Origin: Isurus oxyrinchus
Lineage: Eukaryota
Direction of reading: 5' to 3'
Length of the DNA stretch: 64,000 nt
NCBI GenBank assembly: GCA_026770705.1
Contig: JANJGN010000021.1
Span: forward strand, 97,092,001 to 97,156,000
Shown here: positions 13,830 to 26,600 of the stretch, piece after piece
How positions within the stretch are numbered: the first letter of the stretch is position 1
Layout of the letters: every line of letters begins with the position of its first letter
Notes under the pieces: generated by a model
Databases searched by the model: none
The model's input: only the letters and a program-made list of their open reading frames with translations
What the model was told of the DNA's origin: nothing
Program-made: the position numbers and the translations under genes

Positions 13830-14790
13830 CCATTTTGAATTCCATTGTCTCGGTATTGGGTTACTTTGCTGGATCTGTGTGAAATCTAAATATCCAATTT
13901 GTTCAGTTGCCTTATCGGTGGTGTTTCTTGAGGCAAGGTTGCTTCTGGATTTTAGGATTTCTTGAAGTCTATATTGGTGATTCTATATTTGAGGTTGAAA
14001 TTTGTTTTCATAATATATATTTTATTTTACATTTTACAAGTACCTCTAAAGTCTTGGTGGACTCATTACTTCTGCAGTCAGGGCACACCTCTGGAAATAA
14101 ATACAAAATGCAAAACCGTTGTGATAGCAGGTGGATTTGATCAACCACGGAAACATCACCTGCCGCGCCATAACACTGAGGAATTGGACTATTTTTGCAT
14201 AATAGTTGGCGCCTTGCTATAAGCAATTGGCAGCTGAAGTGTCTGGAAGATGAGAAGGTGGCCAAGGTGGAAAATGTTCCACAGCCACTTGTTTGTTGGA
14301 ATATGTGATTGAAGCGAATGGAAGATCAATGGAAATACCGCTATTGACGAGACATGAGCGATTAAGAGCAGGTTGGTGCGAAACAAAATGTTTTTTTTTT
14401 GCAAAAATGCGTTTTGGGAAACGGCAGCCTTGAAGGTGTGTGTGTGTAACTTTCAAGAGCATTCTCATGTGCAAGAAGAGCTCAATATATTAAATGTGGC
14501 CTTGAGGTAAGCGGTATTTTGTCAGACAATATCCTATATTGAAAGCAAGACATTCAAAGCAGAAGGTATTCGAAACACTGGGAGGATCGCCCATCCGAGG
14601 AAACTGTTTATATCGACCCTGCCGATCCAAATTAGCATTTTAAACTCTTCAATCAGTTCACCCCTGAATCTTCATACGGACTCATGACTAATCGATCTGG
14701 GAGTTTTAACCGTTACATTTATGAGTTAATTTAATTTTAACGTTAATTTTTATCTAGTGACTAGTCTTTTATTTAATTTAGAAATGCGCC
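13830..14790. repeat. Unclassified interspersed repeat, with related inverted pieces at ~36770-37090
   Basis: The reverse complement of ~13960-14110 resembles 36820-36970. It truncates the old His array. Confidence 0.35.
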
Positions 14791-14805
14791 AAAGTTGTTC
14801 TTTAG

Positions 14806-14841
14806 GTTGGGGGGGTGGGGGGGGGGGGGGGGTGGCGGTGG
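14806..14841 (+). repeat. Poly-G tract
   Basis: Long G homopolymer with flanking G-runs. Confidence 0.8.
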
Positions 14842-14897
14842 AGTTCAGTTTTATCACTTCTTGAAAACAGGGGTTTGCCAGCTCTTTTAGTGATATA

Positions 14898-15388
14898 ACT
14901 CTTTCGAGTACAAACACGTTTCTATCTGTTCCTATTCAGATGAAGTTACATTATTTCATAGTTTGTCATTGTGAGAGTTGAACTCTTGATTTCTTTCGAG
15001 TACAAACCCGTTTCCATCTGTTGCAGATGAAGTTACATTGTTTCATAGTTTGCCATTGTGAGATTTGAACTCTTGATTTATTTCGAGTACAAACCCGTTT
15101 CCATCTGTTTCAGATGAAGTTACATTGTTTCATAGTTTGCCATTGTGAGATTTGAACTCTTGATACTCTTTCGAGCACAAACCCGTTTCCATCTGTTTCA
15201 GATGAAGTTACATTGTTTCATAGTTTGCCATTGTAAGATTTGAACTCTTGATACTCTTTTGAGCACAAACCCATTTCCATCTGTTTCAGATGAAGTTACA
15301 TTGTTTCATAGTTTGCCATTGTGAGATTTGAACTCTTGATCTTGGGGTTACAAACCCAGTACCATAACCACTTGGCTATTTTAGCAGC
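14898..15388 (-). repeat. Same SINE with its 3' ~88 bp repeated five times in tandem
   Basis: TTTCGAG-anchored units start at 14902, 14994, 15081, 15169 and 15257. A single head lies at ~15340-15388. Confidence 0.92.
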
Positions 15389-15789
15389 AAATGTAGCTAG
15401 CTAGATAAATGACCATAATGGTTTTCAGGTGCTTGAATCAGGGAGCACATAAGCAGGTCCTCTTCAGTCCTGCTTGTCTGCACTGGAGTGCTGCTTACTG
15501 TGCATTAGCGTGCCTCCGTTGCAATTCGATGTTTGAGCGAGTTCGGTGAACGTGGTTCTCCTTTCTCTTGCCACCAGTTCCCAGCCTCCAGAAACAGGCA
15601 CTTATTTTGCTACAGGGGAAGAAGCTGATTGAATGTAATTAGAGCACAGGAAGCAGCAGAGAGGAAGCAGGGAGTTTATAAGTTAAAACACTAATACTGA
15701 CGCCACAGATGTCCTGCAATTTGACTGGTTACTTTCCGGTTTCGGCACAGGGGAGAAGATTGCTGATCGAAGTGTGAGTTATGATATGG

Positions 15790-18700
15790 TATCTTACTTT
15801 AGTAAACATTTTATATGAAGTTTAAGGTGTGTCAGTGCAGCACGGCCACGTGGAATGTGCATCCAGCGGGATGCCTGAAGTCGTGCATGAACAAAATGTC
15901 CTCTATGACTACATCTGCAGAAAAGGTCACCAGGTGCACAACATTGACTTCTGTATTGCGAAACTAGGGGGTGCCTGGAGTCACTGTGGGACATCCGCAA
16001 GGTTGAGGATTGTGTGGACAATAGGTTTAGGGAGGTGGAACACCACAGCTAAGATGTACACAGGCAGAGAGGGAATTAGTGACCACCAGAGTAATAAAAA
16101 TAGGCAGGTATGGCAGGAACCATCTGAGGCTATCTCTCACTCTAACCACTTGTCCATTTTGGATACTGTTGAGCGAAATCGTTCCTCAGAGAACTAAAAC
16201 AGGAGCCAAGCTCATGGCTTCTTGTGTAGTTCAGATGTAAAGAAGGGGAGGACGAGTCGTTGAAGTGCGTAAGTGGTAGCGGATTCCATCGTTCAGGGAG
16301 CAGACAGGTTTTACTGTGGCCGAAAATGTGATTCCATGGTGGCGTGTTGTCTCCCTGGTGCCGGGTTCAAGGATGTTACAGAGCGACTTCAGGTCATTAA
16401 TTTGGGGGAGAGTGAAGAGAAATAGGTCGTGATCCATAATGGGTTCGATTACATAGCTGGGAAAAAGCTTGGAGTCCTTATACCAGACTCTAGGGAGTTG
16501 GGAAGGGAATTAAAATGGACGACCTCAAGAGGGTTAATGTCAGGATCACTTCCAGTGTCACATACTAGCGTGCCTAAGTTTAGGAAGATTCCGCAGTTCA
16601 ACACGTGACTGGAGCAATGGAGTAGGAGGGAGGGCATTAGATCTCTGAGGCTTTGGGACCTTTCTGACACAGGTGGGACCTGTACAAGAAGGATGATCTC
16701 CATGTTAAAAGTGTTGGGATTAAATCCCTCACGGAAAACTTTGGTACTGTTCGGGAGGGCTTAATCTAGGTTGACAAGGGAATGGGAACCCATGGAAAAA
16801 TTCAGAGTGCCGAGGAGAATAACTGGCAGTGGGAAGCAGCGAACTATTAGCAGATAATGAACAAGTATCAGAGTGTAGTATCAAGGTTTATAGAATATTT
16901 GGAGAGTTTTTCGGTGTTACAGTAGGCAATGCGGAGTTATTTGATGGGGTCCGAGTAAGGGGGAAAGTAAAAATGCTAGCATCAGGGTTAATATGCATGT
17001 ATGTAAGTGCAAGGAGTGTTTTTAATAAGATTGGTGAACTACAGGCACAGGATAACAAATGGAATTATTATATTATTTCTATAACCGAGTCAGGTATCAA
17101 AGAATGGCAGGACTGGGCATTAAATGTTCGAGGCTGCAAGCTGTTGAGGAGAGGAAGTTAAGGAAGGCAAGAGGTATGGGTGGTGGGGAGTCGCCGTATT
17201 GGCTAAATATGGCATTACTGTTCTTGAGAGAGAGGATGTTCCAGCGAGTCCCAGGACCGAATTTCTCTGGCTAGAGATAAAGAGTGAAAAAGATGCAACA
17301 ACTTTGCAGTATATAGCCCCAAACCAGGAGAAGGAAGGCAAAGAAAATAAGTTGCTAAGAAATTGCAGAGTGGTGCAAGCATTATAGAGTATTTACACTT
17401 GCTGACTTCAAATGTCAAAGCATAAACTGGGTTAGGAATAGAGCAACAGGGGAAGAGGGGGAGAGAGTTCCTGGGGTTTGTTAAGTATAATTTTCTGCAG
17501 CAATGTGTTTCTGGTCCAATGAGAGGTCAGCCACTTTTGCACCTGGGTCTGCGGAAGGAGAGGGCCCAATGAGAGGAGCAAATTTCTGTGGGTGAGTATT
17601 TAGATGACAATGACCATTGCATCACAAGGTTTGGGCTCCTCAATAAAAAAGCATAATCAAGAGCGGGGATAATGAATTGTGAGAAAGCCAATTATGATAG
17701 GATGAGAATCCATCTGAGTCGAGTCAGTTGGAATCAAATGCTGGCAGAAATGATGATGGCTGAACAATGGGCTACTCTCAAAGAAAAATTATTGCAGGCA
17801 ATATCAAGGCAAATTCCCTTGAACAGGAAAGATGGGCCAAATCAATCAAGAGAGATTTGAATGATGAGAGGTTATATAAGGTAGCAGGACTGGATAAGAT
17901 GCATAGGGGGCTACTGAAGTAATTGAAAGTGTAATTTGCAGACTTTCTAGTGAAAAATGGCCAGTCTTCCTTAGACACAGGGCTGGTGCTAGAGGACAGG
18001 AGATTTGTGAAATTTACACCCTTGTTGGAAAAAAAGCAGGCAGAAGCACAAAGCCGGTCACTATAGACAGGTAAATTTGACTTCAATGGTGAGGAAACTT
18101 CTGGAGACTATATAGCGGGAGAAAGTCAATAGTCACTTAATCAAGAGGGTAGGAAAGGAATGCAAATTCGATTCATTAAGGAACTATCCTGTTTAACTGA
18201 CATACTGGAGTTTTTGGGGGGTTTGTATGGAATTTCAAAAAAACATTTGGCACAGCGTCACACAATGGACTTGCGAGGAAAATTTTAGCTCATGGGATAA
18301 AATGAAAAGTAGGCACTTGGATATGAAATTGGCCGAATGACAGGAATCAGAGAACTGATGAATGGGTGAAATTCGAATTGGATAATGTCTGGACTGGAGT
18401 TCTCTAGGGGTTAGTTTGGGACTCTTGCTCTTCCTGGTTTCTATTAATGACATGTTCAATAGTGTTCAGGACATGATTCCAAAGCTTGGAAATTATACGA
18501 AAATTGGAAAAGTTGTCAACTGTGATGGAGGTAGTTTTGAACTTCAGAAGGACATGGATCTGTTAATGGAATGGTCAGAAATGTGGCGAATTAAATGGTG
18601 ATTAATTTTGACTGGAGATACATTGAGAGAGAGTTAAAAAGGGAACAAGTCTAAACGACATGCAGGAACAAAGGGACCTCGGTTTAAATCAACATAATTC

Positions 18701-19355
18701 ATTGAAAATGGTAGGACATGTTGAGAGATCATTTAATAAAGCATATAGTCTTAGTCTTTATTACTAGGATCGTTAAACGCAAGCTTAAGGAGTTTATGCT
18801 GAAATTGTATAAGTCAATAGTTCGGCCTCATCTCAGAACTGCGTACAACTACGGGCAAAATATCTGAGTGCAGATGAAGTTCACAAGAATGTTTCCATGG
18901 AGTCAGATCTGTAGCTATGAGGATAGATTCAAGAGTTTGGGAGATGTTGCCTTGGAGAAAAGAAGGCCGAGGGGAGACTTGAAAGATGTGTTGAAAATAC
19001 TGAGGGGTTTGGAAAATGCTAAAATTGGGAGAATGCTCCCACTCAAGAGTACATCAACAGCTGGAGGGCACAGATTCGAAATGAATGGCAAACGAGTAAA
19101 AGTGGACCAAGGAAAACTTTCCTTTCGCCAAGAGGGTAGTTAGAGTGTTGAATAAACTTCCTGAGGGGTTGGTGGAGATAGGTTCGATCGAATTATTCAG
19201 AGGGGAATTGGATTGCTATCTGAAAAGAAATAATGTGCAAGGTCACGGGGATAAGGCGGGATATTGGGACGAGATAGAATGCTCTTTCAGAGAGTCACTG
19301 CAGACTAGATTGGCTGAAACTCTTCCTTTTGCCCTGCAAATTATCTGTGATTCTG
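15790..19355 (+). mobile_element. Near full-length decayed CR1 LINE (ORF1 esterase-like, ORF2 APE-RT)
   Basis: CCLPGA.FKDV (ORF1), CMYVSARSVFNKIGELQA (APE), LLFLVSIND..LQKDMDLLMEWSEMW (RT), LEKRRPRGDL, and a CTGTGATTCT tail. Confidence 0.9.
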
Positions 19356-19439
19356 ATAGAAGTGACGTAGTAAAACGATACCGCAAGACCGATCGTGAAA
19401 CGAGGATGTGCTCGCACGGAGCAGTATCTGTAATCCATT

Positions 19440-19820
19440 TGGCAGCGCTTGCATCACAAATGACACGCAGCTCTGACTCTCGATTTTGAGTGCAAAAATG
19501 ACGCTTGACTCAGCGCAGTGTTGAGTGAGTGCTGGACAGTTGCAGGTGCCTTCTTCCGGTTAAAACTTTAAATTACTTAGTTGGCTGAAGGTAAGCGCTA
19601 CCCAGGTACGATTCCAAAGAAGACCAAGGGAGGTTTGTTTTTCCAGTTCTCTCTCAGGAAGCATCATCAAAGAATATAGCTTGCTCATTTGTCACGTGTT
19701 GTATTTTTTGGAGCTTGTTGTGCGTACCAATGTCTGCACTTCAGCAGTTCATTATCGACTTTACTGTCAGTGTTCACGATCGTCCGATGTCTCAAGCGTG
19801 ATTACATCCAAGTATATCTT
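19440..19820 (+). mobile_element. Decayed DeuSINE/SacSINE1-like SINE
   Basis: GAGTGCTG.ACAGTTGCAGGTGCC.TCTT..GG and GAGCTTGTTGTGCG..CACTTCA blocks, recalled from the Deu-domain and tail consensus. Confidence 0.45.
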
Positions 19821-19842
19821 TTTAAAAGTGGACAATGAGGAT

Positions 19843-19863
19843 GGAGAGAGAGAGAGAGAGAGA
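19843..19863 (+). repeat. (GA)n microsatellite
   Basis: Direct sequence. Confidence 0.85.
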
Positions 19864-20299
19864 TCAAAAAGGGTCACTCGGAATTTTACCTTGGACAACA
19901 CTTGTCCAGCATACACTTTAAGTTCACCCGGCCAATAAATAAATTTTAACCTTTGCCCTGTATATATGAACTGTTTTATGTAGGTGAAGTGATCCTCGGT
20001 CTTTAACAGCTATCCTAAAGGTTTGTCTCTAACCTAGGCTCCGTTTAGAATTTGTTGATAACCGAGCCTAAGATTGGGCTATGCCTTGTTGGAGCAGAAC
20101 ACAAATTTCATGCCGTCTATATTCATCATTCTACAGAATATTCGGTTGAGCTAATTGTAGAGACCGCTGCGACTTTTTTTTTAATCTAAAAATTTAGCAT
20201 CAATTTGAACAGAATGCAACCTGCTAAACAACCATTACCGAGATCAAACTCCAGTTTGATGCCCACAATCACCACCCACCCCCCTCCCCGCCCCTCTCT

Positions 20300-20730
20300 T
20301 TTCCACGACATTTTCCGCTCACCTTCCTATGCGATCGTATGGGTGTAACACATGCTAATTTAACTCCTCCATCGTCACCGTCCAAAACCCAAGACACTAT
20401 TTCCGGGTTAAGCAGTGATTCACTTCCACTTTGCATTTAGACTGCTGCATTCGCTGTTCGTAATTCGGCCGCCTCTACAATGGAAGAACTAAACTCAAAC
20501 TTGGTGCCCACTTTGCGGAACACTTTCATTCAGTCCTCAAGCATAGCCATGACTTTACGGTTGGCGGTAAGATCCATTCACGACCTTCCTCTCGTGTTTG
20601 CATTTTTTTCCTCGGCTGACTGATCCAGTAAATCCCAAAGCAGACTGAAGGAGCAAAAACCTATTTTCCATTTAGGCGCTTCACCAACATCTGGATTTAA
20701 CACTTGAGTTCAAAAAAATTAGACCATGAC
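20300..20730 (+). mobile_element. Decayed Penelope GIY-YIG fragment
   Basis: Colinear with 32340-32810 (CTGCATTCGCTG..CCTCTACAATGGAAGAACTAAA..CTTTGCGGAACAC). Confidence 0.7.
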
Positions 20731-21466
20731 AGCCTGGAGGAGAGCTCAGGACTTAGGAAATTGGTTCAGTGAACGGTTATTATTTTTTCAACCAAAGCAA
20801 TCTTCAAACAGAGACCTCGGTGGGATGGAGAGTGCGTTTTTCTTTGTTCAGATCAGCGGCAAGTCCTAAGGCAAATTAAGGCTTTGCATTCTGGCTGCAG
20901 CAACCTCGGTTCTCAGGGAAAGTGATAGACCTGAAATATTCGATCCGTTTCTGTTTTGAAAACTGCTGCCTGACCTTCTGTGCACTTCCGTCATTTGCTG
21001 TTTCCATTTCTGATTTCCAGCATGTGCAGTATTTGGCTTCTTGCATATAAGCTGGAGGATAGTTAACGATTTTTTTTCAACGCACTTCGATTCGACCCAC
21101 GGCCTTTGAACAACCGTATTAACAACTTAAGTGTGCATGAATTGCAAACGTCATTGCGCCATAAAGACAAATATTTGGAAAATATTTTTAATCGCTCTGT
21201 TCATTGCAATGCGTGGAGTCGGCGTGCAATGAACAAAAAAGCGAACTGCTTCTGTCAAAAACAGAAAATGCTTGAAATGCTGAGCAAATAGTGAAGCATC
21301 TCCGTTAAGACAAATATTGACGTTGCATTAGAACGTTTCATCAACGTGCCATAATTTCAAGTCTGCTTTACGGCTGATAGCCTGGTGGAAGGATCGAGAG
21401 CGCTGTTGATATTTTGCAGTGTCTGTGGGGACGTGAAGCTTTTGTGTAGCCTTCTACCACGATAGC

Positions 21467-21536
21467 GCCATGATCGTATTGGTTAGTATTCAGCCTTCTA
21501 AACAATGCACCAAAGGTTCGAATCGGAATCACAGCA
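21467..21536 (+). pseudogene. Decayed tRNA-His
   Basis: GCCATGATCGTATTGGTTAGTA...AGGTTCGAATCGGAATCACAGCA within a decayed unit copy (~20740-22130). Confidence 0.75.
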
Positions 21537-22438
21537 AATTTGCTGTAGCAAATTTTCTGTTTGTGACTCCTGCTAAAAGAAAGCAGCGAAGAATCAATTC
21601 CGTCAAGAACTCTTTGTCATGACAAAACACTCGCTCTTTCAAAAAGTTAATCTTTCCAAATCTAGCGCCTTCACATTAATGCGTTTGCTGCTCCAAAATT
21701 TATACACGCCTCTGCTCACAGATTTTGCTCCCATTCATAATCGCTATTCCTCCTTGACTCCTCTCTTTCCATGAGTCACGTTTTTTCTGAGAGCGCCAAA
21801 TCTAACACTTCACTTTGGCTGTTACAGCATTGAAATGTGTGGCCACCATCTTTGTTGCTGGGTGTGCACACCGAGTTCGCACCAATGCATATCCTTGCTT
21901 TAAAACTCATCGATGCATTTAGAATTGTGTGACTCCACACAGGCAAGCAGTTTCTAAGCAGGTTTGATTTCGGGGACGGCCGCACACAATTCGATGGCTC
22001 GCGACATTTTCCTGGCAATCCAGCGATACCGTCACTGTCATCTGAAGCAAAAATGGGAAGTGCTCCAAAAAATTAGCCGGTCTGGTAGCTACTAGAGGGA
22101 GAACAACACAGTTAACCTTTTGTGCCTAAGTTTCCTAAGGTATCAAACCCAATGGTGTATGTATGTACACCGTGTTACCTGAGGGGATGTCACAGGAATT
22201 TGACACTGCAACGAGACGAGGAAAGTAAAAGATGATTAGTGATAGCGAACAATGAAAGATCTGACAGAAGATGCCAGTTTTGAATTCCGGAGCAGCACAC
22301 AGGCATGTGAAGGAGCTAGATTTGAAATGAGTAAATATGTGACTGAGCGAGTGCTTTACCATATTTCTTCACACAATTGACACGTCACTGCGTTCTTTCA
22401 GCAGCAGTCACGAGGGGCAAAATTTGTAAAGCAACCTC

Positions 22439-22510
22439 TGCTGCTAGTTGAATTCGAATTGAGGCTGCTGCTGCTATAACGCAGAGCTCTCATCACTCTG
22501 CGGTAACGGC
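22439..22510 (-). pseudogene. Decayed tRNA-His (minus strand)
   Basis: Reverse complement GCCGTTACCGCAGAGTGATGAGAGCTCTGCGTTATAGCAGCAGCAGCCTCAATTCGAATTCAACTAGCAGCA is 72 nt and colinear with His. An inverted unit spacer extends to ~23830. Confidence 0.75.
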
Positions 22511-22936
22511 GCTAATTTGCTGCTTACGCGTAGCCACAGGACCCCGCAGCCAATGTCGCTTGAAAACAGCTCTTTCCAACCTTCGAGCAGGCTGTCACAG
22601 AAGAATTGTTTCAGCTTTGAAACTGATGGCTGCTGACTCAATATCAGTCTCTTTGATGAAACGTTCTGATGAAAGGTGTTTTTTTTCCCTTTCCACAGAT
22701 ACTTCCAGACTTGCCCAGTATTTCTCTCATTTTCTGTTTTGACATTTATCACAGCAGAATTTGACTTTCCCGTTCATTATCCTTCTGACTTCAAAGATTT
22801 GCACGGCAGTAAGCCAATAAACCCGCCGTGTTCTAGGCATTGCATTAAACGAAGTGAATGAGAATATCTTCCAAACGTTTGTCTTGATGGCGCAATGACG
22901 TTTGCATTTCATGCACACTTAAGTTATTCAAAGGCC

Positions 22937-23008
22937 GTGGTGGTAGTGGTGGTGGTCGGGGGTGGGGTGGGGGGGGGGGAGGGGGTGGGCCGGGGTGTGG
23001 TGGTGGGA
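22937..23008 (+). repeat. G-rich low-complexity tract (G-quadruplex potential)
   Basis: (GGT)n and multiple runs of three or more G. Confidence 0.8.
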
Positions 23009-23852
23009 ATCGGAGTCGGTTTATAAAAATCGTTAACTATCGTCCAGCTTCATACGCACGAAAACCAAATGCTATACATGCTGGAAATCAGCACTGCAAA
23101 CAGAAAATGACGGAGGTGCACAGAAGGTCTGGCAGCGGTTTTCGAAACAGAAACGGCCCGAATGTTTCAGATCTATTACATTCCCTGAGAACCGAGGTTG
23201 CCGCAGCTAGAATGTAACAAAAAAGAATTTATCAGGATTCAGCGTGGGACCCCTCCTGTTCTGAGCAACCTTCCATCCCATCGGACTCTCTGATTGAAGA
23301 CTTTTTTGGTAATAGCAATGCCTACCTTTGATTCAGCCGGTTTAGTAATTCCATCGCTTCTACTCCGACCAAGCGGTAACGTCAATTTTCATCTCTATAT
23401 CATGATCCGAGACTTCCCTGGCGTTTACTCAAATCCATTGTGCTTTGGTTTCAAAATGCAGTTTATCATGTGTATTAATCAAAACTAACTGGAATAAAAA
23501 TGCTAATTATTCCCCGCTAATAAGCCGGTAACTTGTATGTCAATACTAACGTGGTAAGCAATTCATCGTCAAAAAAGAAACGAACTTCATATTTTGGAAG
23601 GAAGTCTTTTTATCCTGCCATATGTTGCAGGTATTCTTTTTTTAGAAAAATGCACAGCGTTGAATGTGTTTCTCCCGGAGAAATCTCATTTAACATCGGT
23701 TTCTTCACCAACTTCTTCGCAGGCAACGCCAATACTTGTTGCGCAGTATCATGTAACTCCAGTTCTTGCACTCACTATAAGTCCTTCGTGTCCCTGTCCC
23801 GATGATACACGCTGCATTATGCATACAGATGAGCTATAATCTCTGCGGCAGG

Positions 23853-23948
23853 ACTCTCGTGGCGGAATTGGTTAGCGCATGATGCTTACATGAATGTATG
23901 TAGGCCTATGCATTGCTGAGGTTGCGAATACAAGATTCACCTGGTGCA
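23853..23948 (+). pseudogene. Decayed intron-containing tRNA-Ile(TAT)
   Basis: ACTCTCGTGGCGGAATTGGTTAGCGCATGATGCTTACA..intron..TTGCTGAGGTTGCGAATACAAGATTCACCTGGTGCA is colinear with Ile-TAT. Confidence 0.75.
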
Positions 23949-24439
23949 CGGCTCTTCACGTGCATAACGTCATTGTGGACACTTATGCACTGTGATTTTT
24001 CAACTAATCCAGATGATAATCCTCCTGCTCTGATTATACTAATCCCTGTGCACTGTTAACAACAGAACGTCACTCCTGGTGCTCACATTAGCATTTGAAA
24101 AAATATTTCTTTCTGTTGACGTACTGTCACCCTTTCCTTCACAAATGCCAAAAAATATAAGGTCTGAAGTGGATGTCAGTTTTTCGGGAATTAGGCCCGA
24201 TTCATTAAGGACCGTTTGTCTCTGGAACTTTCATTCCCTATAAAATAATATACATAAACCTCATCGGCCAAAATAAAAACAAACCAAAATCAGATCAGAC
24301 TTGTTATTATCCATAAACTGCAAGAACGCCGGTTCCACTTAACCGCCTGGCTGTCCGTCTTTGGGTCGCTTTAATCTAAGAGCAGGGCCACTGTGGCTGT
24401 CACTTTTCCTCTTGCCCCGGTTCTGTTCGTTTAGTTCTC

Positions 24440-25900
24440 AACCATCCCAGCCCGCCCTTGTTTCGCACGTCTCTTCGCGAAAATAAAGCCTAAACCCCCT
24501 CTATTCTTTTAAACCAACTCCCGACCTTCATCCCCCCTTTCCTTCCAAATTAACTGAAGGTGTCGCCAGCTTCCAAATTCATGCAACCTTTCCTGAAATT
24601 CCATGTCTGTATCAGCCGAATGTGGTTCGCACCCCAGCCACAGTATTGAGATGATCTAATCGATGTCAGTAATGACATTCATTGTAACATTGAGAATGAT
24701 AATCTGTTCATTCTCATTCTTCTTGATTTGCCTGAAACCTTTAGCACGGCTGATCACACTTCTCCTTTTTCCTCTTACCTCGTTTCATTCTCATCGATAT
24801 CATCGTAGCCAGGGAAACACCATCAACTTTTTCTCTTCCCTCTCTTGTACCATTTATTCTGGTGACTCCGAATCACAGTCCCCTGCTATTTTCCATCTAT
24901 ATGCTGCCCCTTAGTGTTACCATGAAATTGTACAGTGCTAATTTTCACCTTTGGGCTGATGGCACGCACCTCCACCTCACCAAAACCTCTCCCGAATCCT
25001 CCACGGTTGCTAACTTAACAGACAGCCTGTCGAGCATCCATCACTAGCTCAACAGACATTTTCTGCAAATTAAATATTGGGTAAATGGTTACATTGTCTT
25101 CGCTCCCCATTCCAAGATCCTTCCCTGAGCAAAGACTGACAACGTCAGAAGCTAAGCCATTCTATTCACAGCCTGGATATCAAAGTTGATCGAAGGCAAG
25201 TAACTTAGCAGATACCTGCGACATGGCTAAGGGTGTATCTTTCCACATCTGTAGCACAGCCTTCTCTCCCTAGCCACCAACTCCATTTTTTCACAACTGG
25301 AAGCTGGCTGAGGTTGACACAGTGTTCACTGCCTTTTTATCACAGCTCACCGACAAAGTGTTTCTGACATCATGCTTGCACCCTCAATATGACCGGTGCT
25401 AAATCCACCTCAAACAAACACTGTTATTGCACGTGCCTCTGCATCTGAAGCTGAAATTCTTCTCCCAGCTTATGAAGCTACCAGACTTCATTGCATTCCT
25501 GAAAAAAAGCTCTCATTCCTCACTCTCCATGAACTTGAAGCCATACTAAACGTGCAGTCATGCCCAAACTCGCAGCAAGACCACTTCGCCCCATTTTCAC
25601 TGACATACACTGACACGCGGTTAAGCAACGCCTCAAGTTTCAAATTCCCACCAATGTTTTCAAATCCCTTCAAAGTCTTGCTCCTCCCTATATCTGTAAT
25701 CACTTCGAACACCCCAACCAATCTTAGAAACATGTGCTTCTCTAATTCTGGTCTCATGTGCATTCACAATGTCAATCCAGCACCATCCGGTATCTAGCTA
25801 CCAATCTTTGGAATTTCCTGCATTAAACTCTGCGCCTCACTTCCTCACTTAAGACGACTCAAACGCCTACCGCCTTGCTCTGCTCATTCATCGAACATGC
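24440..25900 (+). mobile_element. Decayed L2-clade LINE
   Basis: SPLLFSIYMLPLS..FHLWADGTHLHL (YADDTQLYL-like). Confidence 0.75.
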
Positions 25901-25984
25901 CAAGACACCGGAGCATGCACAAATGATTGCAGGGGATGGGATTTTGATGTTATTGCTTTTAATCAAAATCACAACTGAACCATG

Positions 25985-26600
25985 TTCATTTTTTCTTCAT
26001 TTGCGGGATGTGGGCGCCCCTGGCTAGGCCAGTATTTATTGCCCACCCCAAATTGCCCTTGAGAGGTTGATAGCGAGATACCTTCTTGAACAGCTGCAGT
26101 CCACGTGATGTAGGTGCACCCATGGTTCGGGTAGGGAGGGAGTTCAAGGATTTTTACCCAGCAGCAGTGAAGGAACGACGATATATTTCCAGGCGAGGAT
26201 GTTGGGAAGCTTGGAGGGGCCCTTCCTTGGGTGGTGTTCCAGTTTCTTTTCTGTCCATGTCCCTATTGTTAGTAGCGGTTGTTGATTTGGAAGGTGCTGC
26301 CTCAGGGACCTTGGTGACTTTTTGCAGTGCATTTTGTTGATGGAAAGCACTGCTACCACTGTTCGTCGGTGGTGTAGGGAGTGAGTGTTTGTGGCAGGCG
26401 TGCCAATCAAGGGGGTCGCATTGTCTTGGATGGTATCAAGCTTCTTGAGTGTTTTTGGAGCTGCACTCTTATAGGCAGCTGGTCACTATTCCATCACGCT
26501 CCTGTCTTGAGCCTTGTAGATAGTGGAGAGGTTTTCAGCAGTCAGGAGATGAGTTACTTATCGCAGAATTCTTTGCCCCTAACCTGCACTTTTAGATACA
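25985..26600 (-). mobile_element. CR1-clade LINE 3' end (same family)
   Basis: HSLHHRRTVVAV..KMHC in ORF 26144-26410, with the tail reverse complement at ~25990-26060. Confidence 0.85.

Noticed and set aside
14898-15345. CRISPR-like regular repeat
   Set aside because: These are head-to-tail 88-bp units without unique spacers, there are no cas genes, the context is eukaryotic, and the sequence matches the SINE at 42658.
23853-23948. tRNA-Val(TAC) from the apparent anticodon
   Set aside because: The body and intron position are those of Ile-TAT, so TAC is a decay mutation. The B box is destroyed.
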